A stretch of 64,000 bases of DNA from an uncultured virus (IMG/VR IMGVR_UViG_3300032676_000720) (Duplodnaviria > Heunggongvirae > Uroviricota > Caudoviricetes): IMG/VR virus record IMGVR_UViG_3300032676_000720; one strand, given 5' to 3'. Shown here one piece after another: positions 28,557-38,477 of this stretch. The notes under the pieces were generated by a model, which worked only from the letters and a program-made list of their open reading frames with translations, was not told the DNA's origin and searched no databases. Position numbers and translations under genes: made by a program. How positions within the stretch are numbered: position 1 is the stretch's first letter; each line of letters starts with the position of its first letter.

Positions 28557-28994
28557 TTATTGCGGTGCTACTAAAGGTGGAGCTTCTGGATCTGTTACTT
28601 GTTCTAACTGTGCCGGTGTAAGAGCTGTAGGATCTATAGCAACAGGAGCTGTAACTACTACAGGTGCTACAGGAGCAGCACGATTCATAATTTCTTCGGC
28701 TTTTCGAGCGGCAGCTTCTGCTTCGGTTGCTAATGCTTCTGCGGCAGCTTGTGCCTTAGCTACATCAGCTCGGGCACGTGCGGCGGCAGCTTGTGCGGCT
28801 TGACTAGCAGTTTGCGCGGCTTTAGCAGCTTTAACTTTAGCGGCTTGTAATGCTTGTTCAGCATGAGCAATATCTGCTTCTGCGTGTTCTGCTATTTGTT
28901 TAGCATCAATAAATGCGGCTTTTAATTTTTCTGCGGCCGCTTTTTCAATTTTTGTAAACCATCCCATGTTATTCTCCTTAATATACTGCGCCAA
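28557..28994 (-). CDS. Ala-rich coiled-coil protein
   Basis: ORF composition; start may be MGWF at 28967. Confidence 0.6.
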   Translation of the reverse strand: MAQYIKENNMGWFTKIEKAAAEKLKAAFIDAKQIAEHAEADIAHAEQALQAAKVKAAKAAQTASQAAQAAAARARADVAKAQAAAEALATEAEAAARKAEEIMNRAAPVAPVVVTAPVAIDPTALTPAQLEQVTDPEAPPLVAPQ

Positions 28995-29238
28995 TAATAG
29001 TTAATAATCCACTAATAACTGTGTTTAGTGTTTCTTTAAACTGTAACTGACTCATTTCTTGTACAACGGCTAATTGTCGTTGTGTATCTTTTAATAGCTC
29101 TGCTAAATCTTGTGTACTAAACTGTCCAGCTTGTGCGGCTTGGGTAGCTTGTTGAATATTCTGTGCCGCTTGAGCAAACGCAGGATCTCCACAGTTAGCT
29201 AAGTCCGATAATGCTTGATTGATTTGATCCATATTCAT
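28978..29238 (-). CDS. hypothetical protein
   Basis: coupled ORF in lysis cluster. Confidence 0.65.
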   Translation of the reverse strand: MNMDQINQALSDLANCGDPAFAQAAQNIQQATQAAQAGQFSTQDLAELLKDTQRQLAVVQEMSQLQFKETLNTVISGLLTIIGAVY

Positions 29239-29636
29239 CGAGGTCTACTCCCTATAACGTGTTGAATTATTTCTGCTGTATTCTCAACATTAGACATTTT
29301 GAGTTTACAGAATAACGGCGACACTGGTGTGCTTTCTGTGTATCTAGTTGCTAACCCTTGTGCTATTTCGTTTAATGACTTTGCGGCTTTATAGCCGTTG
29401 TCATTGTGTGGTAATTCTTGACTATACTTTTCATACAATTCTGTTTTATATGCTAATGCTGTAGCATTGGATTGCGCTAGTAAAGGATTACTACATTGAT
29501 TTTTATACATACTAGCATCTACACGAATTTCTGTAATTTGATGATATTCAATGTTATCAAACTTAGTCATTAACACAGCATCTACTACTGTACAACTAAC
29601 TAATACAGGTAATAATAGTGCTATAAGGCGTTTCAT
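29235..29636 (-). CDS. lipoprotein
   Basis: LVSC lipobox-like signal. Confidence 0.65.
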   Translation of the reverse strand: MKRLIALLLPVLVSCTVVDAVLMTKFDNIEYHQITEIRVDASMYKNQCSNPLLAQSNATALAYKTELYEKYSQELPHNDNGYKAAKSLNEIAQGLATRYTESTPVSPLFCKLKMSNVENTAEIIQHVIGSRPR

Positions 29637-29905
29637 TTAGATTCACCGTAAATGTTTTTGTTTGTGTTATACCATTGTATCCAAGTTTCAACTCGTTCCT
29701 TTAACAAATAGTATTGAGCAAAATTATCATTTGCGTTTTCAATCATATCTGTTAGTGTGCGCTTGTCTTCTGGCAATGGAGTTAAATCTGGTGGCGGTGC
29801 TAACATTTCATCACTAGCAGTAGGCCACTTTAATGTAACTGGAACAGTATTATTAGCACAACCGGCAATAGTAACCACAAATAATAGTATTAATAATTTT
29901 TTCAT
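29633..29905 (-). CDS. o-spanin (Rz1-like lipoprotein)
   Basis: IAGC lipobox, Pro-rich, follows i-spanin. Confidence 0.7.
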   Translation of the reverse strand: MKKLLILLFVVTIAGCANNTVPVTLKWPTASDEMLAPPPDLTPLPEDKRTLTDMIENANDNFAQYYLLKERVETWIQWYNTNKNIYGESK

Positions 29906-30381
29906 TTTGTTGGCCCTACGGTAACAAATCCATTAGTAGCTTGATTTTTAACAGCGCGATTATAAGTATCAAAAGCTATATCATTTATAGTACATTCTTT
30001 GTTTATTACTACACGATTTTGTTCAGCTTGTTGTTTAACTCCATAAGTATGACCTTTAATTAAATTTTCATTAGCTTTAAGAGCTTGAGTAAGTTGTGCG
30101 TTGGCAGCATCACTTTTTTGTTCTAGTAATTGCATTTGCTGTTGTGCGTCTTTTAAATCTTGTTGATATATAGCTACTACACCAGAGCCACCATACATAA
30201 AAATACTAACCAACATTACTATACCACTAACTGGTTTAAGGAATATAGCATAAGGTTTACATTCAGGAATATGTGTTAATATTCCAGATAAAAAATAAAT
30301 TGCGGCGGCACCACCTGCGGCAGCTGGCCATACCCAGACTGGTATGTTACCTAACAAGTAGTGGACAGCAAAAGCATACAT
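29902..30381 (-). CDS. i-spanin (Rz-like)
   Basis: TM helices then coiled coil, C-terminal Cys, after endolysin. Confidence 0.65.
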   Translation of the reverse strand: MYAFAVHYLLGNIPVWVWPAAAGGAAAIYFLSGILTHIPECKPYAIFLKPVSGIVMLVSIFMYGGSGVVAIYQQDLKDAQQQMQLLEQKSDAANAQLTQALKANENLIKGHTYGVKQQAEQNRVVINKECTINDIAFDTYNRAVKNQATNGFVTVGPTK

Positions 30382-30992
30382 TATGAACTCAATATCTGAT
30401 AAGCACGACTACAATGTTGTTCGCGTTCAGGAAGACCTAATTCGCCGCCATTGATTTTAATACTTAACTCACGAATATTGCCAGCATCGGCATATTGATT
30501 AAGATTATTATTTTCCCAGAACCAGCAAGCTGATTGAATAGCGCCTTCGAATGTAGTAAGGAACGCAGGAACATCGTCGATATTCATTTGTAGACTGTCA
30601 GCAAATGCTTGATAGTTACTACGACCAGTAACTTGAATCAAACCGCGGCCACAAAACTTCCAACCATCGCCTGATGCTTCGTCGCCATTGCCCATACGAC
30701 CAGCATAAGCACGATTAGCAATCTTTTCTGGATTGTGTGCGTATTGGTCAGCAATGTCTGGTGTAAAGTGACTAGGCCAAACACGACATAAGCTAGCCGC
30801 CTGATAATTTAAATTTTCATGTAATGCTGTATAGCCAGCAGACTCAACATAAGTTTCACCTAAAAAGGCAGCTACCCGATTGATTGTTGTGATATCGTAA
30901 TCAGGAAGAATTTTGTTTAATGCGTTACACCAGTGTTCAACATATTCGTTGCCTGGTAATATTTGTGCTAATTGATCTTGTCTTATTTCCAT
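30381..30992 (-). CDS. GH19 family endolysin
   Basis: AAFLG...ES, ENLNY, GDGWKFCGRGLIQVTGRSNY, INGG. Confidence 0.92.
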   Translation of the reverse strand: MEIRQDQLAQILPGNEYVEHWCNALNKILPDYDITTINRVAAFLGETYVESAGYTALHENLNYQAASLCRVWPSHFTPDIADQYAHNPEKIANRAYAGRMGNGDEASGDGWKFCGRGLIQVTGRSNYQAFADSLQMNIDDVPAFLTTFEGAIQSACWFWENNNLNQYADAGNIRELSIKINGGELGLPEREQHCSRAYQILSS

Positions 30993-31030
30993 AGTAGATG
31001 TGCTCCGTGTCTACTAATATTTAGTTAGAT

Positions 31031-31438
31031 TTAAGGTAAAATGTTGCTGGCTATTATACTAGCCCAACGCTCAGCATCTTGTTCTGTTACACGATAATCG
31101 TATGTTTTAGGGCTTTTAAATAAGGCATTAGTATCAGCAAATCTGCCCTCTTTAATAGTATCTACCCATATTGTAATCTCCGGGGCAAATATTTCACGCA
31201 TTTCTAGTAATGGGCATACGAAATCAGCAATAGCATATTCTGATTCACTTGCGTCACATAGTTCACGCATACGACGACTTTGACGAATTCTTCCTTCTTC
31301 GCTAAAGTCCCAATCGTTAAATTGTGCTCTAATTTCGTCAGCATTAAAATGCTGTGCGTTAATTTTTTCTACTAAGGATTTTGCTAAGGTAGTTTTTCCT
31401 GAGCCAGGAAGGCCCAGGATTAAAATACGATGTGCCAT
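31031..31438 (-). CDS. adenylylsulfate-kinase-like P-loop kinase
   Basis: GLPGSGKTT, NADEIR..DFSEEGR, DFVCP. Confidence 0.8.
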   Translation of the reverse strand: MAHRILILGLPGSGKTTLAKSLVEKINAQHFNADEIRAQFNDWDFSEEGRIRQSRRMRELCDASESEYAIADFVCPLLEMREIFAPEITIWVDTIKEGRFADTNALFKSPKTYDYRVTEQDAERWASIIASNILP

Positions 31439-31443
31439 TATTA

Positions 31444-31737
31444 TTATAATCTTTCAATAGTTACATAACTACCGTACGGCGTTGTGTTTGTGGTAAGCAT
31501 CCAGGTGCTCATTTAGCTTGTCCTGTTTTTATTCTTCTTTGACCCAACGGCAAGTTGTTTCGTCAAATGTGTAGCCATCGCCCGGTGTAGGTGCTATGAA
31601 TGCGTCACGACCTGAGTCATATGTAAATCCAACGCCGGCTCTATCACTGCTACAGGCTCTTGTACAACTTTCTCGGCTCCTGTACCATGTTGTTCTATTG
31701 TGTCAGCTAATGCTCTTAATATTTCTTCAAATCTCAT
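31444..31737 (-). pseudogene. chimeric gene remnants (three fragments)
   Basis: MRFEEILRALAD ORF overlaps out-of-frame AGVGFTYDSGRDAFIAP..DETTCRW fragment lacking a start; then 22-aa MSTW..YVTIERL. Confidence 0.5.
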
Positions 31738-31738
31738 T

Positions 31739-32296
31739 TTATAATATCCCCGCGGCGGCTTGTAGAGCTTTGATAGATTCATCTTGCTCGTAATATGCTT
31801 TTGTAGGCAACCCAGCTGCCACTCGCATTTCGTTTAATCCTTCATCGTGTGTTTCACGATATGCTTTTGGCGATAGTGGAACTATGCGCTCAAATTCTTC
31901 TTGAGTGTAAGGATATTCCTTACCTTCATAAACCATTGTCCAATCTTTTGGCTCAAATTCTGTTAAGGTAGACAAATCATCTAATAACTGTTGTACATGG
32001 GAACCTGCTGTACTGCGTCTACGAATTTCAACATATACTAAGTAACGATTTGGTTTAATTTCGCCTGGACTACGGTCAGCATCAATAATAAAATCATAAC
32101 CTTTTTCGAACCAATTCATTAAATCTTTCGAAGCATTAGGGTCGCGAACAAAGAAAGAGATAACAATAATGTCATCATCCTCGCCCATCTTGCTAGTAAA
32201 CTCGTCAATATGAATAACTGGCTTTAATAAGCCTTCCATGTCTTTATATTCTAAAGTTTCAAATATAAAATTAGAGTTGAGGTTCTTGTTGTCCAT
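31739..32296 (-). CDS. hypothetical protein
   Basis: 185 aa ORF. Confidence 0.75.
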   Translation of the reverse strand: MDNKNLNSNFIFETLEYKDMEGLLKPVIHIDEFTSKMGEDDDIIVISFFVRDPNASKDLMNWFEKGYDFIIDADRSPGEIKPNRYLVYVEIRRRSTAGSHVQQLLDDLSTLTEFEPKDWTMVYEGKEYPYTQEEFERIVPLSPKAYRETHDEGLNEMRVAAGLPTKAYYEQDESIKALQAAAGIL

Positions 32297-32843
32297 TGTC
32301 TGTATAGTTAGGTTGTGTTTGTTCTTTGTCTAAATCTTTACTGTACGCATTGTCTAAGTCTTCCAAGTCCATTTCTTCCTCTTCCAACGCAATACTTCCA
32401 GTACGGATATCACTCATTAAATTCTTAGGCATAGTAATTTCTACTAGCCAAATCTTTTTCTCGATAATTCTAGCAATTTTAGTGCCAGGACGATAATCGG
32501 ATGGATCCTCAATTTTAAGAGGAATCTTCATGTTAGTTTTTTTAAATTTTACTTCACAATCAAAAGGAAGTAATCTGCGAGCCCCGCGTGGGTCTGGCAT
32601 TAAATTCTCAGGCCACATAAAAATACAAGAAACTTTGTATTTGGAAATAGTAGGGCCTTGTACTAATTCACCAATTCCCCAGTTCTTAAATGCGTATAAA
32701 TCCAAAGAATCCAACACACGCTCGTAGTCAAGTAAAGTTAATAAACTACCTTCACTAAGGTAGATATCTTTAATGTTGGCGGCGACCTGCCAATAGTCGG
32801 CATGATCTTTAAAGATTTCAGAGTCAAAAGGTTTATTTGCCAT
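32271..32843 (-). CDS. hypothetical protein
   Basis: 190 aa ORF, TAAATA at 32851-32856. Confidence 0.75.
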   Translation of the reverse strand: MANKPFDSEIFKDHADYWQVAANIKDIYLSEGSLLTLLDYERVLDSLDLYAFKNWGIGELVQGPTISKYKVSCIFMWPENLMPDPRGARRLLPFDCEVKFKKTNMKIPLKIEDPSDYRPGTKIARIIEKKIWLVEITMPKNLMSDIRTGSIALEEEEMDLEDLDNAYSKDLDKEQTQPNYTDNGQQEPQL

Positions 32844-32993
32844 AGTAATGTATTTAGTTAAATGGAAAGGTTAAGGTTATTTTGAAATTTAAGCGCAGAA
32901 CAGCACTTTGGACTATTACTTATGCTTGAAATATAAGATATTAACACCCATAGAATATAAAAATCATGGGTCGTAAATACTCTTGACAGCAAG

Positions 32994-33767
32994 GTGCTGT
33001 CGGAAGTAACTCAACTACAAACGGAGTCTAAATTGAGTAGACAAAGAGCAGCAAAATCTCAAAAACGTCAAATGACACATCAAGAAAATACGATAAGGTT
33101 CGATCAGGCAAAACCAGTAAAACAGCGCCCAATTGATATAGTTCCTAGAACTAGAAATCAAGAGCGTTTAGTGCTGGCTTTACAAAGTGACGAGCAACAT
33201 ATCGTTGTAACAGCAGGCCCTGCGGGCACAGGCAAGACATATCTTGCCGTCCTGGCGGCAATAAAAGCCTTTAGAGAAGGAGAAGTAGATCGCATAGTAC
33301 TAACTAGACCAGCAGTTTCTGTTGAAAACGAAAATCACGGATTTTTACCGGGTGACTTAAATCAAAAAATGGACCCGTGGATTAAACCAATTACAGACAT
33401 ACTGAGAGAGTATTATCGTCCGCAAGACATTGCAGCGATGATCGAAGATCAGAAAATTGAAATTGCTCCGTTGTCGTTTATGCGTGGACGCACATTCAAA
33501 GACAGTTTTATTATTGCCGATGAAATGCAAAATGCCACGCCTAATCAAGTAAAAATGCTAATGACCCGTATTGGCGAAGGCAGTAAAATTGTAATCACGG
33601 GCGACGTAGAACAAGCCGATCGTAATCGCGGCAACAATGGTTTGATGGACCTTTGTTTAAGATTATCGAAAGGGGGTGTAAAGGGTATTGCTGTTTGCGA
33701 TTTAGATTGTCGCGATATACAGCGGCACAAGATCATTGATAGTGTGCTAAACCTTTACGCTGATTGA
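32994..33767 (+). CDS. phoH: PhoH family ATPase
   Basis: GPAGTGKT, LTRPAV, GFLPG, MRGRTF, DEMQN, TRIG, GDVEQ; start may be TTG at about 33033. Confidence 0.95.
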   Translation: MLSEVTQLQTESKLSRQRAAKSQKRQMTHQENTIRFDQAKPVKQRPIDIVPRTRNQERLVLALQSDEQHIVVTAGPAGTGKTYLAVLAAIKAFREGEVDRIVLTRPAVSVENENHGFLPGDLNQKMDPWIKPITDILREYYRPQDIAAMIEDQKIEIAPLSFMRGRTFKDSFIIADEMQNATPNQVKMLMTRIGEGSKIVITGDVEQADRNRGNNGLMDLCLRLSKGGVKGIAVCDLDCRDIQRHKIIDSVLNLYAD

Positions 33768-34366
33768 CCAGTAATTAGCTCGTAAATGTGCTTCCAGTTC
33801 TTTACGAGCGTTACTCCAGGATGGTAGTGATGCATGTTGTGGCCGTGCTCTATTAGTAGGGAATTTAATCCATACTTGTATCCGGCCTCAGCATTCTCGA
33901 TTTTGTCTTCAATCCAAACTAGGCCAGTGCCTTCATATTCTTCTAAGGCCTCATCTTTGTGTGCGCCAGTATCCAGACACACGATGCGTTCAAAAGTATG
34001 CTCACCAAACAATTTACTTAGATTCATCTCACGAAGTCTCTGAGCATTAGGATCTAGACTTAGTGAAGTAATACAGTGGAATTTATAACCGTGTTCCTCG
34101 ACTAAGCGTTTTACATAGTACATGGCATCGCGCTGGGCGGGAAGGAATCCAATGGCCGCACTTTCATTAAAAATGCGTATCAGCTTGACTACTTGTTCAC
34201 GAGGTATGCCATAACGGATAGACATATCGTAATTGAGCTTGCTACCTGGAACTTCTTCGAATCCGTGTTCTTGCATCCAGACATTAAAGGCCCATTCCCA
34301 ATCTAACAAACAACCGTCAGCATCGGTTAGGATAAGTTTTTTTCTGTTTCTATATTTCGATTTCAT
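33755..34366 (-). CDS. HAD-family 5'-nucleotidase-like protein (T4 30.2-like)
   Basis: LTDADGCLLDW, WIEDK. Confidence 0.8.
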   Translation of the reverse strand: MKSKYRNRKKLILTDADGCLLDWEWAFNVWMQEHGFEEVPGSKLNYDMSIRYGIPREQVVKLIRIFNESAAIGFLPAQRDAMYYVKRLVEEHGYKFHCITSLSLDPNAQRLREMNLSKLFGEHTFERIVCLDTGAHKDEALEEYEGTGLVWIEDKIENAEAGYKYGLNSLLIEHGHNMHHYHPGVTLVKNWKHIYELITGQSA

Positions 34367-34372
34367 ATTACT

Positions 34373-34401
34373 ATTATAGTATAATATGAATTGTTTGTCA
34401 A
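34373..34401 (-). promoter_or_regulatory. consensus sigma70 promoter (leaderless transcript)
   Basis: TTGACA-17-TATAAT, 6 nt before ATG. Confidence 0.8.
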
Positions 34402-34417
34402 GTTAGTGCGTACTAAC

Positions 34418-35026
34418 TTAGACTTTGTGAGTCCCATTATACATAGGGTGATCAAACTCGGCTGACGAAATAGTGCTAAAAATATGAATTGGAAGTACTA
34501 TAAGTTCAGAATCATTAGTTTTGAAATGATGGGGAGTCATTTTTCCAAGCAAAATAACATCACCACAATTTAATTGGTACTCTTGTTGAGAATCAGCTGT
34601 ACCAACAATAGATATACCTTGTCCCTGTACAACATAAACTACTCTTGGCGTAGCATGAATGTGATGAGCTTGTTCAGATGTATAAGGGGGAATACATAAC
34701 ATTTGGAATGTTGGGTCGCCTGGCCGAACTGGATTAATTAATTGTTTTGTGCTACATCCGTTGATGTAAGGTAAATCAGTTCCGCGATTAAATGTACTAG
34801 TTCTTGTTTCTGGTGTATAGCCAAAAATTTCCACACACATTTTTGTAGATAATAATGTTGTACCGTCACCTGTTTTTGATACAGCGGTATCATTGTCCAA
34901 ATACCAGTAACTCGATAGTTGATTAGTTAAAATAGTTTGCTCACCGATATACACTTTATATTGATATAAATCGCTACTCACTGATTCGTATGTAGATGGT
35001 GTGTTTGAATTAAGTATTTGGAACAT
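34418..35026 (-). CDS. cupin domain protein
   Basis: HHIHATPRVVYVVQGQG..GD..PHHF; start estimated. Confidence 0.75.
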   Translation of the reverse strand: MFQILNSNTPSTYESVSSDLYQYKVYIGEQTILTNQLSSYWYLDNDTAVSKTGDGTTLLSTKMCVEIFGYTPETRTSTFNRGTDLPYINGCSTKQLINPVRPGDPTFQMLCIPPYTSEQAHHIHATPRVVYVVQGQGISIVGTADSQQEYQLNCGDVILLGKMTPHHFKTNDSELIVLPIHIFSTISSAEFDHPMYNGTHKV

Positions 35027-35297
35027 TTTTGCTTTCAGTAGGTAATGCGTGGCCATTTTCTTGTAACAATCTTTCCATAATAGCAGGATAAAATGGATAA
35101 TAGTAGCCAACTATACGCTCCCAATCTTTTGGAATAGTGCTATCACGCAACGATGCTTTAAGTACTTTGCATTCTTTAAAGTCCAAAATAACACTAGCAG
35201 TTTGCCAATCTTTAGTACGAACCCTAGTAGTTACAGTCATACCTTCGTCAATTTTACCGTTGGCTTGGTAAAAATAAGTTAACATTAAATATCTCAT
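35010..35297 (-). CDS. hypothetical protein
   Basis: ATGA-coupled ORF. Confidence 0.65.
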   Translation of the reverse strand: MRYLMLTYFYQANGKIDEGMTVTTRVRTKDWQTASVILDFKECKVLKASLRDSTIPKDWERIVGYYYPFYPAIMERLLQENGHALPTESKNVPNT

Positions 35298-36214
35298 AGT
35301 TGGCACAATTCAGTTAATGTAGCGGACAAGTTAATTTCTTGGTCAGCTACCATAGGAACATTTACAAGCCCATTGCGAATAATAATAATTGCTTGATCCT
35401 GTTTGTGTGTATCAGTACTCCATAAGTCTAAGTTATCATACATCCAGCGGAACATACTGTCCATATCTTCAGTACTTGCTTGACTACAAATAATCTTACG
35501 GGCTTCGTTAGTCTTGCCAGCTTTAAATAATGCTACAGCGTCTAGCTTCCAATCTTTAACTGACTGATCATTGTCGCCTGGTTTAACTAAAGTGCCGGTC
35601 ATGCTATTGGGTTGTACTAAATTTAAACATTTGCGCAAGTCTGGGTAAGTGGCACGCACATAAGAATCTAGTGTGTCTAAATCAAATTCAACTTCCTCAG
35701 TCACTAATACAGTTGCTACACGAGCAGTAAACTCTGTAATATCTGTTTTTTCAATATGAAAGCCTTGGCAACGACTATGAATCGCTGGCATAATTTTATT
35801 AGGATAGTTACAAGTTAAAATAAAACGCACAGATTCTGCGTAGTCTTCCATTAAGTTACGAAGTGCTGGTTGAACAGAGTTAATGTTCATATAATCAGCT
35901 TCGTCAATCAATACTACTTTAAATTTGCCAAATGGCATAGTACTACAAAAGCCAATTAGCTTATCAATCCACTCAACTTTTCTGGCATCTTTAGAACCGT
36001 TAGCTGACATTACATCATATTCATCTACACCTAGCTCGTTAATTAATAACTTAGCTAATGTAGTCTTGCCTGTGCCAGGGCTACCGCTTAATAATAAATG
36101 CGGAATACTGCCTTGTTTAATCCAAGTTGTAACTTGTTGTTTTTGACTTTCGTCGGTAAACACATACCCTTCAGTAGTGTTGGGCCTAAATTTTTCTGTC
36201 CAAAGAGCCTGCAT
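35294..36214 (-). CDS. clamp loader ATPase subunit (RFC/gp44-like)
   Basis: WTEKFRP, GSPGTGKTT, IDEAD, SRC. Confidence 0.93.
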   Translation of the reverse strand: MQALWTEKFRPNTTEGYVFTDESQKQQVTTWIKQGSIPHLLLSGSPGTGKTTLAKLLINELGVDEYDVMSANGSKDARKVEWIDKLIGFCSTMPFGKFKVVLIDEADYMNINSVQPALRNLMEDYAESVRFILTCNYPNKIMPAIHSRCQGFHIEKTDITEFTARVATVLVTEEVEFDLDTLDSYVRATYPDLRKCLNLVQPNSMTGTLVKPGDNDQSVKDWKLDAVALFKAGKTNEARKIICSQASTEDMDSMFRWMYDNLDLWSTDTHKQDQAIIIIRNGLVNVPMVADQEINLSATLTELCQL

Positions 36215-37063
36215 CTATTTCTTCCTTATCCAATATTAATTTTACATCATATCCTGCTAATTTTACAGCCGCCAAAGTTGTTTCATCTGTGCCTTTAATG
36301 TTTTCTTTATCGTACTTAGATACTAGTCTTTCTTCATTATACACATTTAAAGGGTCGTCGTCAACTGGTTTGGCTGGTTGTGTTTTGCCAAAGATTGAAT
36401 CCCAATTATTTTGAACTGTTTCGTTTGATACTAGATTCGGCCTGCGGCCATAGCCTTTGCCACCGTCTCCGGATAATGCCATTATACCAACTCTTCAGCA
36501 ATACCTAATAATTCAGCAAACACCAATAGGTATCCAGCTGACTGAATGTAAGGATTCATTTCTAACCAACCACCACCAGCAAGTGCTAGTCCAGCTATAA
36601 TTCGTAATGCGCTTTTAGCTAAACTAATTCTTAAATGTTTGGCGGCATTTGGATGTTTTTCTATTTGTGTTGCGTTAGGTCTAGTTAATCCCATATTATT
36701 TTCCTTTAAAAAAATGAAGTATATTATAAAATCTAGTTTTATAATGGGTGAACAGGGGTTTTAATATTGCTGGATGGTACGGACAGCGTCCTTGCCGATA
36801 ATCACACTCAGGAGTGTATTCGTGTCCGCAAGTTGAACAATCTATCTTTTTAGTAGTTGAATTAATCTTTCTTGATCCCATATTTCTTCTCCAGCAAATT
36901 TTGGTAATGAAACAAACGCATCATCTAAATATCGTTTGAGCATATATAAATCTCTTTTACAATTCATTTGAGTAAATCCATCATTCATTGGAGAACTGAT
37001 TTCACTAATCGATTCTCTTATTGCTTGATAAGCTGGATTTAAGTTGGGCTGTTTAAAACCCAT
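36186..37063 (-). CDS. four small hypothetical genes (36186-36482, 36482-36694, 36696-36881, 36842-37063)
   Basis: tightly coupled ORFs; one membrane protein, one Cys-rich (CxxC). Confidence 0.6.
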
Positions 37064-37458
37064 TAGCTTGGCATTTCTTGTTTTTCAATATGTACAGCAG
37101 TTGAAATACCTTCCAATGTTGGGCACTCAACATCGTCGGATACAAGTAGTATATCCTTAGGATCAATCTTACGAACAGTTTGTTCGCCGTTTTCATCTTC
37201 TATTTCTAAACCGCGAGTCCAACGACCGTGTGCTACAAGAATCCACTGTCCTACTTTGACTGTAGTTTGTTTTGGTCCTACCGCATATACCTTACCCCAG
37301 CGTGGACGAATGCCATGGCCCTTACCATTGTCGTTTGGAATCCAAATACCACCTTGAGTAATACGCACATCAAAAGCCATGTCATGTACAATCACATGAT
37401 CTTTCACAGCTTTAAACTGTTCTCTTTTTATTTTATGCGGTTCAAACTGATGTTTCAT
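37063..37458 (-). CDS. GroES-like co-chaperonin
   Basis: TQGGIW, GKVYAVGP, VKVGQ, DILLV. Confidence 0.85.
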   Translation of the reverse strand: MKHQFEPHKIKREQFKAVKDHVIVHDMAFDVRITQGGIWIPNDNGKGHGIRPRWGKVYAVGPKQTTVKVGQWILVAHGRWTRGLEIEDENGEQTVRKIDPKDILLVSDDVECPTLEGISTAVHIEKQEMPS

Positions 37459-37932
37459 TTAAATCTTTCTTACAGGTTTATCTTGTTGTTGTTGACGAGC
37501 TGTTTTTTCTAACTCTTGCTTAACTGTTTTAGCACGAGCGATAGCTCCTGCCAACCCACCTTGATCGTCTGTTGTGGTTTCTGTAATACTTGCTGGTGTC
37601 GAATCTGCTACCGGCAATGGATCAGCTTGTGGGGCTATAGGAGCTGATGCTACAACTGGCTGGCCTGTTGCCATAGCTGGCGCTTGTACTGGAGCTTCTG
37701 TTGAATGTTGATGGTTAGTTTGTACTGGGCCATCTGATACATTAGTTTGGCGCTGAATGCGTCTTTGTAATTGTTGATTTCTAGAATCGATAATATTACC
37801 TTGAGCATCGATTCTGTCGCCGCGAGCATTTACGCCCATATTGCCAACAGCTCTAACATTTTCATTTTGTAAACGCATAGATCCAATGTCTACTTGTTTG
37901 CCTCTCGCTGTTTTATATACTTTAGTTGTCAT
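37459..37932 (-). CDS. hypothetical protein
   Basis: AVGNMGVNARGD motif; TAAATA and GGAG upstream. Confidence 0.7.
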   Translation of the reverse strand: MTTKVYKTARGKQVDIGSMRLQNENVRAVGNMGVNARGDRIDAQGNIIDSRNQQLQRRIQRQTNVSDGPVQTNHQHSTEAPVQAPAMATGQPVVASAPIAPQADPLPVADSTPASITETTTDDQGGLAGAIARAKTVKQELEKTARQQQQDKPVRKI

Positions 37933-37958
37933 AATATTCTCCTGAATTCTTACTGTAT

Positions 37959-38477
37959 TTAACGCAAAAATTCGCCGATGTTTAATTTATAGTGCATAGA
38001 ATCTATTTTATGTACTCCCATTTTATATAATATAAAACTGGATACTGAACTTCCACGCCCTACACCCCAAATTACACGATTTTCTTTCATAATATCCACG
38101 AGGTACTTTAAAAATTTGAGCAAATCAAATAAATTACGCTCTTGATATAATAATAGTTCTTCCCCGCATCGTTGTAATTCGGCTTCATTGTTACATAAAT
38201 CTAGGATATACTGAGCTATATCCATATCTTTATATGCTTGTGGCACGTGCCAATTTTGTTGTTTTTCGTAATCCCATGCTGGGACAGTTTTATTGCCTTC
38301 GATAGTCCAAGGTAAAAAAGTATTTGGAAATCTTTCAACGAATTTAATTATCTTTTCAATATCAACTGTATTATCTACAATCATACCTTTGAATGAATCT
38401 AGTTTACGGCCTTGCATTAACAGATCAACTACATCTGTTTCATTAAAAATCATTTCGCCGTAATTATTCTGTTTCAT
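37959..38477 (-). CDS. stand-alone DNA polymerase III alpha (DnaE) palm-region fragment
   Basis: WGVGRGSSVSSFILY.MGV..ID...L..EFL matches DnaE GRGS region. Confidence 0.75.
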   Translation of the reverse strand: MKQNNYGEMIFNETDVVDLLMQGRKLDSFKGMIVDNTVDIEKIIKFVERFPNTFLPWTIEGNKTVPAWDYEKQQNWHVPQAYKDMDIAQYILDLCNNEAELQRCGEELLLYQERNLFDLLKFLKYLVDIMKENRVIWGVGRGSSVSSFILYKMGVHKIDSMHYKLNIGEFLR

